The notes under the pieces were generated by a model. The model saw nothing but the letters and a program-made list of their open reading frames with translations, searched no databases and was not told the DNA's origin. A program made the translations under genes and the position numbers. Source: Candidatus Omnitrophota bacterium (GTDB lineage Bacteria > Omnitrophota > Gorgyraeia > Tantalellales > Tantalellaceae). Taken from it: a stretch of DNA of 64,000 bases. The stretch is from positions 14,489-78,488 of the forward strand of contig JADGBR010000010.1 in NCBI GenBank assembly GCA_015231405.1, in the 5' to 3' direction. Shown one piece after another: positions 18,354 to 27,391 of the stretch. The first letter of the stretch is position 1; every line of letters starts with the position of its first letter.

Positions 18354-18387
18354 ACGGGGCGTTACGCTTTCGCATAACGCCCCGTTC
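18354..18387. terminator. bidirectional terminator hairpin (AACGGGGCGTTA ... TAACGCCCCGTT)
   Basis: 12-bp stem between convergent genes. Confidence 0.55.
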
Positions 18388-18407
18388 GATATAACCTGAC
18401 ACCTGAG

Positions 18408-18758
18408 CTATGACAACGTATGTGACGCAAAACTACCCACATTGGGACATGTCGGGTTGGTAGTATAACTTCCGATTGTATAAGAAGCCGTACCAGCCGG
18501 GCATTTGGGCTCTTTCTTGATATAAGAAGGCACCAGATCTGTCCAAGCCGCCGTTCCTGTATGTCCGTCAAGCCCCCATAGAGTCTTCGCGCCGTCGATC
18601 TGTTTCAGATTAGCTATACAAGCGTTCTGCTGTGCTTTTTCCCTGGCCTTTAAAAAGTTCGGGATAGCTACAGCCGCCAATAAACCTATAATTGCAACTA
18701 CTATCATTATTTCGACCAGCGTAAAACCCTGTTTACCTAACAGTTTTTTTATCTTCAT
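18408..18758 (-). CDS. type IV pilin / GspG-like pseudopilin with prepilin leader
   Basis: Start taken at the ATG at 18758, preceded by AAGGAGGTGA 7 nt upstream (the track start is a GTG). The leader MKIKKLLGKQG is followed by FTLVEIMIVVAIIGLLAAVAIP, a class III signal with Glu at +5. Four Cys lie in the C-terminal half. Confidence 0.75.
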   Translation of the reverse strand: MKIKKLLGKQGFTLVEIMIVVAIIGLLAAVAIPNFLKAREKAQQNACIANLKQIDGAKTLWGLDGHTGTAAWTDLVPSYIKKEPKCPAGTASYTIGSYTTNPTCPNVGSFASHTLS

Positions 18759-18903
18759 TTTTCTCACCTCCTTCACAATTTTGTTTGATATTCTTGAATT
18801 GCTTTCCTATCTCACATACATTTCAAGTATACCTGGTGTAAATGAAAAAGGCAAATTTAATGTCTCTTAATCTTTAGCTGGCTATTATATACTGCTAACA
18901 TTA

Positions 18904-20124
18904 TCAACCGCCCAGTACTGAAGATAATTGGAAAATTGGCAGGAACATGCACATAACTATCCCTCCTATAACAATACCCAGAAACGCAATGATAAGCGGC
19001 TCGATCATGCTTGTCAACCCTTCCACAGCGGCATTAACCTGACTGTCGTAAAAATCGGATATCTTTGAGAGCATTTTATCCAGCTGCCCGCTTTTTTCGC
19101 CAACCGACACCATTCTTGTGACCATCGATGGAAAAACCCCGGATTTTTCGAGAGGCGTGGCGATGCTTTCGCCGTCCCTCACTTTGTCCCTTACATCGAT
19201 TATGGCTTTTTCTATTATCACGTTCCCCGACGTTTTCGCCACTATTTCAAGCGCTGAGAGTATTGGAACTCCGCTCTTAACAAGAGTGCTGAGTGTCCTT
19301 GAGAATTTGCTTATGGCGAATTTCCTGATCAGAGGGCCGAATAATGGGATGTTCAACTTCAGTCTGTCGATCTTTTTCATTCCTTTTTCCGTGCGGGCAT
19401 AGTACCTGAACCAGAAGATAAAGGCAATGACTAAGGCTATTATGATAAGAAAGTAATTGCGGAGTATATCGCTTATGTTAATGAGGATCTGCGTTGGCAA
19501 AGGCAGCTGAGCGGAAAAGCCAACGTATATCTCCTTGAACACTGGAATGACCTTTACCATTAAAACAAGCGTGATAAAAACCGCCATAGACGAAACGATC
19601 ATCGGGTACATCAGCGCCGATTTGACCTTTTTCTGCAGGTCATTGGTCTTTTCGATATAGGTAGCTACCCTGTCCAGTATAGTGTCAAGCATCCCGCTGG
19701 ATTCGCCTGCATCGATCATGTTCACGAACAAAGGGGTAAACACATCGGAGTGCTTCAGGAATGCGTCGGAAAGGCTTGATCCCGTATTTACCGAGTCCCT
19801 GACATCGGTAAGGACCTTTTTGAGTGTTATGTTATCGGTCTGGTCTATCAATATGTCCAGCGCGTTGACGACCGGTATACCTGATTCGATCATAGTGGCC
19901 AGTTGGCGGAAAAGTATGACAAGGTCATCCAGTTTGATCTTTTTTCCGCCCTTGATCCTGAAGATCGCGGCAAAGCCCTCGGGCTTTTTAACTTCTTCGA
20001 GCTTCAGGACCATCAACTGTTTCGACCTCAATATTTCGACAGCCTGACCCTTTCCCTGGGCCTCGAGATCGCCTTTTAAGGTCTTCCCGCTCCTGTCCTT
20101 GGCTGTGTAATTAAAATTCGGCAT
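18904..20124 (-). CDS. type II secretion / type IV pilus platform protein (GspF/PilC family)
   Basis: Two T2SSF repeats and three TM segments. Start taken at the internal ATG (MPNFNYTAKDRSGK), because the track extension overlaps pilB. Confidence 0.8.
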   Translation of the reverse strand: MPNFNYTAKDRSGKTLKGDLEAQGKGQAVEILRSKQLMVLKLEEVKKPEGFAAIFRIKGGKKIKLDDLVILFRQLATMIESGIPVVNALDILIDQTDNITLKKVLTDVRDSVNTGSSLSDAFLKHSDVFTPLFVNMIDAGESSGMLDTILDRVATYIEKTNDLQKKVKSALMYPMIVSSMAVFITLVLMVKVIPVFKEIYVGFSAQLPLPTQILINISDILRNYFLIIIALVIAFIFWFRYYARTEKGMKKIDRLKLNIPLFGPLIRKFAISKFSRTLSTLVKSGVPILSALEIVAKTSGNVIIEKAIIDVRDKVRDGESIATPLEKSGVFPSMVTRMVSVGEKSGQLDKMLSKISDFYDSQVNAAVEGLTSMIEPLIIAFLGIVIGGIVMCMFLPIFQLSSVLGG

Positions 20125-20209
20125 GGAACCTGCCTCCGGAAAAGGATCCACGGCCCCCGGATGACTTTCCCATACAGCTCTCGGATAATTTATTCCCCAT
20201 AATTTCACC

Positions 20210-21940
20210 TCAAGTAACCCTATACACTTCCTGGAGCGTCGTATCACCCGAACAGAATTTCCTGATCGCGTTCTCCCTCAGGTTCTTGAACCCTTTTGAC
20301 CTTAGGTTCTTCTTTATCTCTTCCTCGGAAGCTCCCTTATTAATAAGCCTGGCAAGATCTTCGTCCATCATCATCGTCTCTATCGCGGCGAGCCTGCCTC
20401 TGTACCCTGTGTTATTGCACTTGGCGCAGCCTTTTCCTGTATAGAAGGACTTAACATTCCTGATTGCCGGATATCTTCCCTCCAGGCTCTGTCTTATCTC
20501 CGGAGAAAGGTCCATTTCTGTTTTGCAATACGGGCAGATCTTCCGTAATAGCCTTTGGGCACAGCACATTATCAGGCTTGAAGAAATGAGGAAAGGCTCA
20601 ACCCCCATGTTGATAAGCCTCGTTATCGCCCCGACCGAATCGTTGGTATGAAGGGTTGTAAGGACAAGATGCCCGGTCAATGAGGCTTTTATCGCGATAT
20701 CGGCTGTTTCCTGGTCCCTTATCTCGCCTATCAGGATTATATCCGGCGTCTGTCGAAGGATCGAGCGCAAACCCTCGGAAAAACCGAGCCCGATATCCTC
20801 GGAAACCGGGACCTGGGTTATCCCCTGGACCTGATATTCAACGGGATCCTCTACGGTTATTATGTTCTTCTCGGGAACATTCAATTTAGAAAGTACTGAA
20901 TATAATGTTGTGGATTTACCGCTCCCGGTAGGGCCGGTTACAAGGATAATGCCATATGGGCTTGCGATCGCCTTGTTAAAATCGGCCAGAGGTTCCGGTA
21001 GAAATCCCAAAGACTCAAGGCCCACCGACAGGTTGCTCTTATCAAGGGCCCTAAGAACTATTTTGTTCCCGAACACGGTAGGAAGCACCGATACCCTGAA
21101 GTCAATTTCCTTACCGGACATCTTTATCCTGAACCTCCCGTCCTGTGTCGTCCTGGAATCGGTGATGTCTATATTGCTCATTATTTTTATCCTCGTAGTC
21201 ACCGCCCCCTGGTTCTTTTGCGGGAGTTCAAAAGCCTCCTGTAGTTCACCGTCTATCCTGTACCGAATCCTGAGATGTTTTTCCTGGGGCTCGATATGTA
21301 TATCGCTGGCTCTCCTTTTTATCGCCTCGCTTATTATCACGGAAACAATTTTTACGATCGGAGCCCCTCCGCTTTCGGCCGAATCGGCGGAAAGGTCGAA
21401 CTCCTCGAGCTTTGTATCCCTGGACACCATCTCTACCGAAGCTATGTCCTTATTTGCGTCGAGAATGCTGTCGACGTCAAGATCATCGTTCCTGCCGGAT
21501 GAAAGGCTGGCCTCAATATCTTTACGCAAAGCCAGAAGAACGCTGATTTCACAGCCGGTCACTGTCTTCACGTCGTCAAGCGCCATTATATCCGACGGGT
21601 CGGAGATGGCTACGGTCAGGAAATCATCGATCCTGGATACCGCGATCACCTTATACTTGTGCGATATCTTGTCCGGGATGAGATTTCGGATATCAGGCGA
21701 TATCTCTATCCTGGAGAGAATGACCGGCACGATCCCGAAACAAACGCTCATCGAAGAAAGAAGATCGTCCCGTTTGACCATTTTTTCATCCAATAAACGG
21801 GTAAATAGGTCGACTCCAGGCCCAAGAGGCTTTTCCGTTGACGAGCGCCACTTTTCATCCAGGCATCCTTTCTTCTGAAGGATATCAAGTATCTTTTCCT
21901 GTGTTTTCTTATCCATTGCTATTATCCATACTCCTGTCAT
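20210..21940 (-). CDS. GspE/PilB-family secretion ATPase (copy 1)
   Basis: 576 aa with an N-terminal T2SSE_N-like domain, Walker A GPTGSGKSTT, an Asp box, and a C-terminal CxxC...CxxC zinc finger. Confidence 0.85.
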   Translation of the reverse strand: MTGVWIIAMDKKTQEKILDILQKKGCLDEKWRSSTEKPLGPGVDLFTRLLDEKMVKRDDLLSSMSVCFGIVPVILSRIEISPDIRNLIPDKISHKYKVIAVSRIDDFLTVAISDPSDIMALDDVKTVTGCEISVLLALRKDIEASLSSGRNDDLDVDSILDANKDIASVEMVSRDTKLEEFDLSADSAESGGAPIVKIVSVIISEAIKRRASDIHIEPQEKHLRIRYRIDGELQEAFELPQKNQGAVTTRIKIMSNIDITDSRTTQDGRFRIKMSGKEIDFRVSVLPTVFGNKIVLRALDKSNLSVGLESLGFLPEPLADFNKAIASPYGIILVTGPTGSGKSTTLYSVLSKLNVPEKNIITVEDPVEYQVQGITQVPVSEDIGLGFSEGLRSILRQTPDIILIGEIRDQETADIAIKASLTGHLVLTTLHTNDSVGAITRLINMGVEPFLISSSLIMCCAQRLLRKICPYCKTEMDLSPEIRQSLEGRYPAIRNVKSFYTGKGCAKCNNTGYRGRLAAIETMMMDEDLARLINKGASEEEIKKNLRSKGFKNLRENAIRKFCSGDTTLQEVYRVT

Positions 21941-23669
21941 CCATGGTCACCCTTAATATTTCCTCAAGGGAAGTGACGCCTAGAATGACGTTCTCCATAC
22001 CGTTCATCCTGAGAGTAATCATCCCCTCCTCTCTGGCCTTCTTCTCAAGCTCAGGCTCATCAGCTCCCCTGAACAATATCTCCTTTATAGCCGGAGTCAT
22101 CCTGAGGCACTCAACGATCACCGCCCTCCCCTTGTATCCGGAATTCATACAAACGGGGCACCCTTTCGGACGGTATATGCCTTTTATCTTACCATCGGGA
22201 CCTATGAGCCCGAATTTCCTGGCGGTCTTCTCCTCGGGAACAAAATACTCCCTGCATTCCCTGCAGAGCTTTCTGACAAGCCTTTGGGCTATGATCATAA
22301 TGACCGACGACGCGATAAGGAAAGGCTCAACGCCCATATTGACCAGACGGACGATTGACCCTGAAGCGCTGTTGGTATGCAATGTACTCAGCACCAGATG
22401 CCCTGTCAGAGCGGATTTGATAGCTATATCCACCGTCTCAAAATCCCTGATCTCCCCTATCAGTATAATATCCGGGTCCTGTCTGAGTATTGACCTCAAA
22501 CAACTCGAGAATGTCAGCCCTATTTCACTCTTCACATTCACCTGGTTTATCCCCGATAGCTCATATTCGACCGGGTCCTCTACGGTGACTAGGTTCCTGC
22601 CTGGAGAATCGACATATTTCAGTATTGAGTAGAGTGTCGTAGTTTTACCGGAACCGGTGGGGCCGCAGGCGAGTATCATCCCATGAGGCTTTTCGCTTTC
22701 CTCTATAATAGATTCCCTGTCACGGTCCTGAAGCCCCAGCCTGTTTATATCCACCATCACCTGGTCTTTGTCCAGTATCCTGAGACATGCCTTCTCACCT
22801 GTGATGGAAGGAAGTATGGATAAACGGAAATCAACCTTCCGCCCCTCGACCTTTATCTGGAACCTTCCGTCCTGGGGCAGCCTTCTCTCGGCGATATTCA
22901 GCATGGACATGACCTTCAGCCTCGAAATAAGCGAAGCGTGATATTTTTTCGGGGGCGTCTCTATCTCATGGAGTATCCCGTCGATCCTGTACCTTACGCG
23001 GAAAGTCCTTTCCATAGGCTCTATAAGTATATCGCTGGCTCCCTGTTTTACGCCGCGTCCGAGAATTAGATTGGCAAGTTTGATAATAGGGGTATCTTCG
23101 GCCGCGCTTAGGAGATCCCCGGAAGTGGCTTCTTCCTCTTCTCCGAGCATCTGCATCTCGGAGGCACCGATATCGTCGACTATCTTCTCTATCTCCTCGT
23201 CGGCCGAACGTTCGTAAAACCGGGTAATGGCTTCCCGCATCACGTCCTTATCGGAAAGAACGGCCCTCAGATTAAGCTTTGTGATGGCCTTCAGGTCGTC
23301 CATGGCGAAAATATTAGTCGGGTCGGTAATAGCCACCGTCAGCACATCACCCAATCTGGCCACCGGTAGGACCATGTACATCAAAGCCACCCTTTTAGGT
23401 AAGATACTGACGAGGTCTCTGTCAATGTTGATCCGGGAAAGGTCCAGCGGGGTAATACCGGTCAACATACTGACCGATGAAAGAAAAGTCTCCCTTGATA
23501 TCTTATGGAGCTTAATAAGGATATCCGTGACATTCTCGCCGCTTTCGAAAAATATTTCGCGCGCCTCTTTAAGATCAAGGGCGGACAGCTTCCCACCCTT
23601 TACCATATGATCGCAGATTTTATCTTCCAGGGTCATACCCATTGTTCCCCTCTTCCAGAGGCTGTTCAT
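21909..23669 (-). CDS. GspE/PilB-family secretion ATPase (copy 2, paralogue)
   Basis: 586 aa with the same architecture as copy 1 (GPTGSGKTTT; CPVC..GYKGR). It overlaps copy 1 by 32 nt. Confidence 0.85.
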   Translation of the reverse strand: MNSLWKRGTMGMTLEDKICDHMVKGGKLSALDLKEAREIFFESGENVTDILIKLHKISRETFLSSVSMLTGITPLDLSRINIDRDLVSILPKRVALMYMVLPVARLGDVLTVAITDPTNIFAMDDLKAITKLNLRAVLSDKDVMREAITRFYERSADEEIEKIVDDIGASEMQMLGEEEEATSGDLLSAAEDTPIIKLANLILGRGVKQGASDILIEPMERTFRVRYRIDGILHEIETPPKKYHASLISRLKVMSMLNIAERRLPQDGRFQIKVEGRKVDFRLSILPSITGEKACLRILDKDQVMVDINRLGLQDRDRESIIEESEKPHGMILACGPTGSGKTTTLYSILKYVDSPGRNLVTVEDPVEYELSGINQVNVKSEIGLTFSSCLRSILRQDPDIILIGEIRDFETVDIAIKSALTGHLVLSTLHTNSASGSIVRLVNMGVEPFLIASSVIMIIAQRLVRKLCRECREYFVPEEKTARKFGLIGPDGKIKGIYRPKGCPVCMNSGYKGRAVIVECLRMTPAIKEILFRGADEPELEKKAREEGMITLRMNGMENVILGVTSLEEILRVTMDDRSMDNSNG

Positions 23670-23692
23670 TCCCGCCTGGATAGGATCAGATA

Positions 23693-23746
23693 CCCGGAAT
23701 TCAGAATTCAGATCCCGGAACTCAGAAGCCAGGAGCCGGAATTTAG
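23693..23746. promoter_or_regulatory. three direct repeats CCGGAA(Y)T(Y)AGAA phased at exactly 21 bp
   Basis: CCGGAA at 23694, 23715 and 23736, in the 73-nt gap between the MshEN-domain gene stop and the pilB-2 start. Confidence 0.6.
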
Positions 23747-24192
23747 CTTTTTGAAGAATAGATCTTATTCAAGGCCGAATCAATATCAGAAATCACAGCG
23801 ATAAAGGATCTCACCGTTCTCATAGAGATCTCTTCCACATATTCAACGCTCTTCGTGTCCAGTGGATTCGCCATGGCAACGACGAGTATATCCCCGATAA
23901 GGTCGATAGGCGCGACTTTGTGTTCCCTGGCCATGGCTTCAGGTATGAACTTCGAGGCGTCCTTATTGAATTCGAACGATCCAAGAGTTATGAACGGGCA
24001 ACCGTATTGTGTTATAATGGCCTTCGTTATATCCCTGTCGGTCATAAAATTGAGCTTTACCAGGTTTTCGCCGAGAAGACCACCTTCGTTGGATTGCAGC
24101 TCCAAAGCCTCTCTTACCTGGCTCTGGGAGACCACACCCTGCCTTATAAGTATTTCACCTATCTTATCGTCGGTCAGCCTCTTGAACGTCAC
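23743..24192 (-). CDS. stand-alone T2SSE_N / MshEN-like domain protein (putative c-di-GMP receptor)
   Basis: 149 aa. The N-terminus KIGEILIRQGVVSQSQVREALELQ closely matches the MshEN c-di-GMP-binding motif RLGxxLVxxGxIxxxQLxxALxxQ. There is no ATPase domain. Confidence 0.6.
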   Translation of the reverse strand: MTFKRLTDDKIGEILIRQGVVSQSQVREALELQSNEGGLLGENLVKLNFMTDRDITKAIITQYGCPFITLGSFEFNKDASKFIPEAMAREHKVAPIDLIGDILVVAMANPLDTKSVEYVEEISMRTVRSFIAVISDIDSALNKIYSSKS

Positions 24193-24251
24193 TGTTTCCT
24201 CCCTTCGTCGTTCACTCGAACCCCATGAGCCTTATCCGTGCGCCATGACGA

Positions 24252-25313
24252 TCACCCTATCAGTTTCATCAGCTCCTCAACGTCCTGGCTTCTTGAGAGA
24301 GCATCGTCATATGAAATTATATCTTTTTTATAGAGCTCAAGAAGCGACTGATTCATCGTTTTCATACCCAGCCGCTGAGAGGTCTGTATCGTAGAATAAA
24401 TGTGATGAACCCTTTCATCCCGGATCATGTTCCGGATAGGAGGCGTAACAACCAGGATCTCGGCCGCCAGCACCCGGTCTGTCATCGTCTTATTAGTGAT
24501 CAACTGCTGGGACACTATCCCGAGAAGGACGAAAGAAAGCTGCGTGCGTATCTGTTTCTGCTGATGGGCCGGGAAGACGTCTACTATCCTGTTTATCGTC
24601 TGTATACTGTCGGATGTATGGAGCGTCCCAAGAACAAGATGGCCTGTATCGGCTATGACCAGGGCGCTTTGAATGCTTTCATAATCGCGAAGCTCGCCGA
24701 TAAGGATCACGTCCGGATCCTGCCTCAGAACATGCCGTAGAGAGTTATTAAAAGAGAGTGTGTCGAACCCCACCTCCCTCTGGTCAATAACCGCGGAAAT
24801 GTTATGGTGAACGTACTCTATAGGGTCCTCGACCGTTACGATATGGCACTTACGCGTTTTGTTGATCTCATTTACCATGGCCGCCAATGTAGTGGATTTA
24901 CCGCTTCCCGTCGCCCCCGTAACGAGAACAAGCCCTTTGGGGAACCGGCAAAAGTCTTTAAGAACGCTCTCAGGAAGGCCGCATTCTGAAATACTCCTTA
25001 TTTTTATGGGGATCATCCTTATCGCGCACCCTACATGACCTCTCTGCAAAAATACATTGGCCCTGAACCTGGATACGTTCTTGATAAAGAAAGCGAAATC
25101 CATTTCCTTATGTTCTTCGAATTTCCTTATCTGATCCTCCGACATCAGGCTGTACGCCATCCTTTTGGATTCCTCCGGAGACGTTATCTCCTCTCCTATC
25201 TTCACTAGATCGTTATTTATCCTGTAATGGAGCTGGCTTTCCGCTGAAATATGGAGATCGGAGGCGTTTTTAGCGGGCATAGCCTCGAGTAACTTTCTTA
25301 TTTTATCGTCCAT
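24252..25313 (-). CDS. pilT: twitching motility ATPase PilT
   Basis: 353 aa. Walker A GATGSGKSTT and PilT-like sequence throughout, with no N-terminal GspE_N domain. Confidence 0.85.
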   Translation of the reverse strand: MDDKIRKLLEAMPAKNASDLHISAESQLHYRINNDLVKIGEEITSPEESKRMAYSLMSEDQIRKFEEHKEMDFAFFIKNVSRFRANVFLQRGHVGCAIRMIPIKIRSISECGLPESVLKDFCRFPKGLVLVTGATGSGKSTTLAAMVNEINKTRKCHIVTVEDPIEYVHHNISAVIDQREVGFDTLSFNNSLRHVLRQDPDVILIGELRDYESIQSALVIADTGHLVLGTLHTSDSIQTINRIVDVFPAHQQKQIRTQLSFVLLGIVSQQLITNKTMTDRVLAAEILVVTPPIRNMIRDERVHHIYSTIQTSQRLGMKTMNQSLLELYKKDIISYDDALSRSQDVEELMKLIG

Positions 25314-25343
25314 CCATGGCCTCCTCCCAGTAGGCTAACATTA

Positions 25344-25372
25344 ATAATACCTTAATGGCAGGTGAAAGTCAA
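25344..25372 (-). promoter_or_regulatory. sigma70 promoter TTGACT-N17-TATTAT upstream of pilT
   Basis: -35 at 25372..25367 and -10 at 25349..25344. A GGAGG SD lies 7 nt before the ATG at 25313. Confidence 0.55.
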
Positions 25373-25492
25373 AAAGGGCGCTTAGAGCAAAGAAGAATAA
25401 AAAAATGCCATCCCCGCAAAAACTGTGACCCAATAAAATTATTTTCATGTGATCCCCGCTTTCCAGAGGATAACGTCACTTGTCCCTTATCT

Positions 25493-27253
25493 CTAACTCG
25501 AAGCCCCATCCCGACGATACAGCCCGCTCTCCCTAAGTTCCTCCCTGAGCGACTCGTCGGATAACTCCGTACGAATATGCCCCCAGGGTAACGGGTCATC
25601 CGGGGAAAGGGTTTTCCCGGCCTCGCGCCTCATGTCCATCGAATTTTCGGCAAAAGCTCTCTCCCATGCCGCGAGATCGAAGAACTCCGACCACCCGTCC
25701 ATCTTCGCTCCGTTCTTCCAGGCGGAATGAATGACATCCCCCATCGAATAGTCGCCTCTGGCCATACAACCTTCCAGGAGCGACCTCGGGATGTCATGGA
25801 ACTTGATCTCTACGTTATTGCTGGATCCGTTGACAAGGTGTTTTTTAGCTTCTATAAGATTAATTTCGGGGGCCATTCCGAGCCATTGCAGGGAGGTCTG
25901 TGGTTTTGGTATGAAGGGATTAACGCTGACGCTTAATTTAGCGGCTTTCTTCCCGTATTCCCTTCGGAGTGAAGATATACTCCGGCACCAGCCTATTATC
26001 CCGGTTGTTTCCTTGAGCGGGTCTTGAGTAAACCCTACCATGAAATAAAGTTTGAGCCGGTCCCACCCCATGGAAAAAGCCCTGCCGGCCGATCTTTTTA
26101 GCACTTCGTAATCTATATCCTTTCCTATCGCGGACATAACTTCGGGAGAGGCCGTTTCCGGGGCGAAAGTCAACCCGGCTTTCTTTATCATCGATATTAC
26201 CTCGGGCAATTCGTAAAATGACTCGTCCACCCTAAGCGAAGGAATGTTTATCCCCATACCTTTTCCTGCGAAACGAGCGTTCAAGACCTTTACAAGAGTT
26301 ACAATGTCGGGATAATTCACGCTTGAAAGAGATAAAAGCGATATCTCATCATACCCGGTATTCAAATATGTTTCCCAGCATAATCGCTCGATGACATCCT
26401 TGCTCCTGATCCTGAGAGGCCTGTTCACTGCGCTCGCCTGGCAGAACCGGCACCTGTTCGGGCACCCTCTCATTATTTCGACCATAATGCGCTCATGCAC
26501 TATCTTTATGAAAGGAACTATCTGTTTTGTCGGGTAATACGCCTTATTGAGATCTTTAACCGAAGCTTTACTGACGGTCTTGGGAATACCCAAGCCCAAG
26601 GGCTCGACTATCGTTATCTTCCCGATTTTCTTTTTCTGGTAGAGCGCGGGCATGTAGATCCCAGCCATCCCGGCCAGCATTGCCAGTTTTTGCTTTCTGC
26701 CCAGTGGTCTTTCACGGATCGCGCCGTATTTTTCAAGAAATTCAGGCAACGTATCTTCGGCGTCGCCTATGAAAAAGACATCGATGAACCCGCTCATGGG
26801 CTCGGGGTTATAACAGCAGGAGCCACCGGCGATAACAAGGGGCTCCTCATCGCCCCTTTCCGCGGATAAGACCGTTATCCCCGACAACTCGAGCATGTTG
26901 AGGACATTCGTGTACGTGAGCTCGTACGACAGGGAGAATCCCAGGACATCGAACTTATTGATGTCGGTCTTGGACTCCAGGCTGAACAGCCTTCTTCCGC
27001 CCGACCTCAGTTCCCGCTCGATATCAGGCCATGGAGCGAAAACCCTTTCGCATGATACGTCATCGATTTCATTCAGCAGATGATAGAGTATCTTGATCCC
27101 TAAATAACTCATACCTATCTCATAGACATCGGGATATGCCAGAGCCACTGTTATCCGTCCGTCTCGCGGCTTTTTCCGGACAATGTTCGTCTCTTCCCCG
27201 ATGTACCTGCCGGGCTTTTCGACTTTCTTGAATATTTCCAAAAGATCGGTCAT
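25493..27253 (-). CDS. B12-binding-domain radical SAM protein (TIGR03960-like)
   Basis: 586 aa. Radical SAM cluster motif CPNRCRFC and an N-terminal B12-binding-like region. Confidence 0.7.
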   Translation of the reverse strand: MTDLLEIFKKVEKPGRYIGEETNIVRKKPRDGRITVALAYPDVYEIGMSYLGIKILYHLLNEIDDVSCERVFAPWPDIERELRSGGRRLFSLESKTDINKFDVLGFSLSYELTYTNVLNMLELSGITVLSAERGDEEPLVIAGGSCCYNPEPMSGFIDVFFIGDAEDTLPEFLEKYGAIRERPLGRKQKLAMLAGMAGIYMPALYQKKKIGKITIVEPLGLGIPKTVSKASVKDLNKAYYPTKQIVPFIKIVHERIMVEIMRGCPNRCRFCQASAVNRPLRIRSKDVIERLCWETYLNTGYDEISLLSLSSVNYPDIVTLVKVLNARFAGKGMGINIPSLRVDESFYELPEVISMIKKAGLTFAPETASPEVMSAIGKDIDYEVLKRSAGRAFSMGWDRLKLYFMVGFTQDPLKETTGIIGWCRSISSLRREYGKKAAKLSVSVNPFIPKPQTSLQWLGMAPEINLIEAKKHLVNGSSNNVEIKFHDIPRSLLEGCMARGDYSMGDVIHSAWKNGAKMDGWSEFFDLAAWERAFAENSMDMRREAGKTLSPDDPLPWGHIRTELSDESLREELRESGLYRRDGASS

Positions 27254-27308
27254 AGTGTCCTTTTAGCTTTTTCTCGTTCCCTCGGCATGCTGCCCTTATC
27301 AAGAAACG

Positions 27309-27377
27309 CGTGATTCGTGGTTCGTGGTTCGTTTCAAGTAATAGCCCCACCTTCCCGCACCACGAACCACGAATCAC
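27309..27377. repeat. palindromic intergenic element copy 1 (GTGATTCGTGGTTCGTGGT-N24-ACCACGAACCACGAATCAC)
   Basis: Near-perfect 19-bp arms, lying between the rodA stop and the radical SAM start. Confidence 0.8.
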
Positions 27378-27391
27378 AAATGTATATTTTC

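Noticed and set aside
20862-21878. Long plus-strand ORFs antisense to real genes (for example 20862-21878, 21838-22632, 33211-34092, 4180-4899, 50275-51045, 55725-56699 and 60549-61343)
   Set aside because: Each lies entirely inside a well-supported minus-strand gene (pilB, aroA, dgt, murD, ftsI, GH130). The translations are low-complexity (S/P/R/L-rich) with no recognisable domains. This is typical of chance open frames antisense to coding sequence.
23670-23742. Sigma54 promoter in the pilB-2 upstream gap (TGGCTT-N5-TTCC on the minus strand)
   Set aside because: The match to the GG-N10-GC consensus is only partial: the -12 element is TTCC rather than TTGC. The phased CCGGAA repeats are reported instead.
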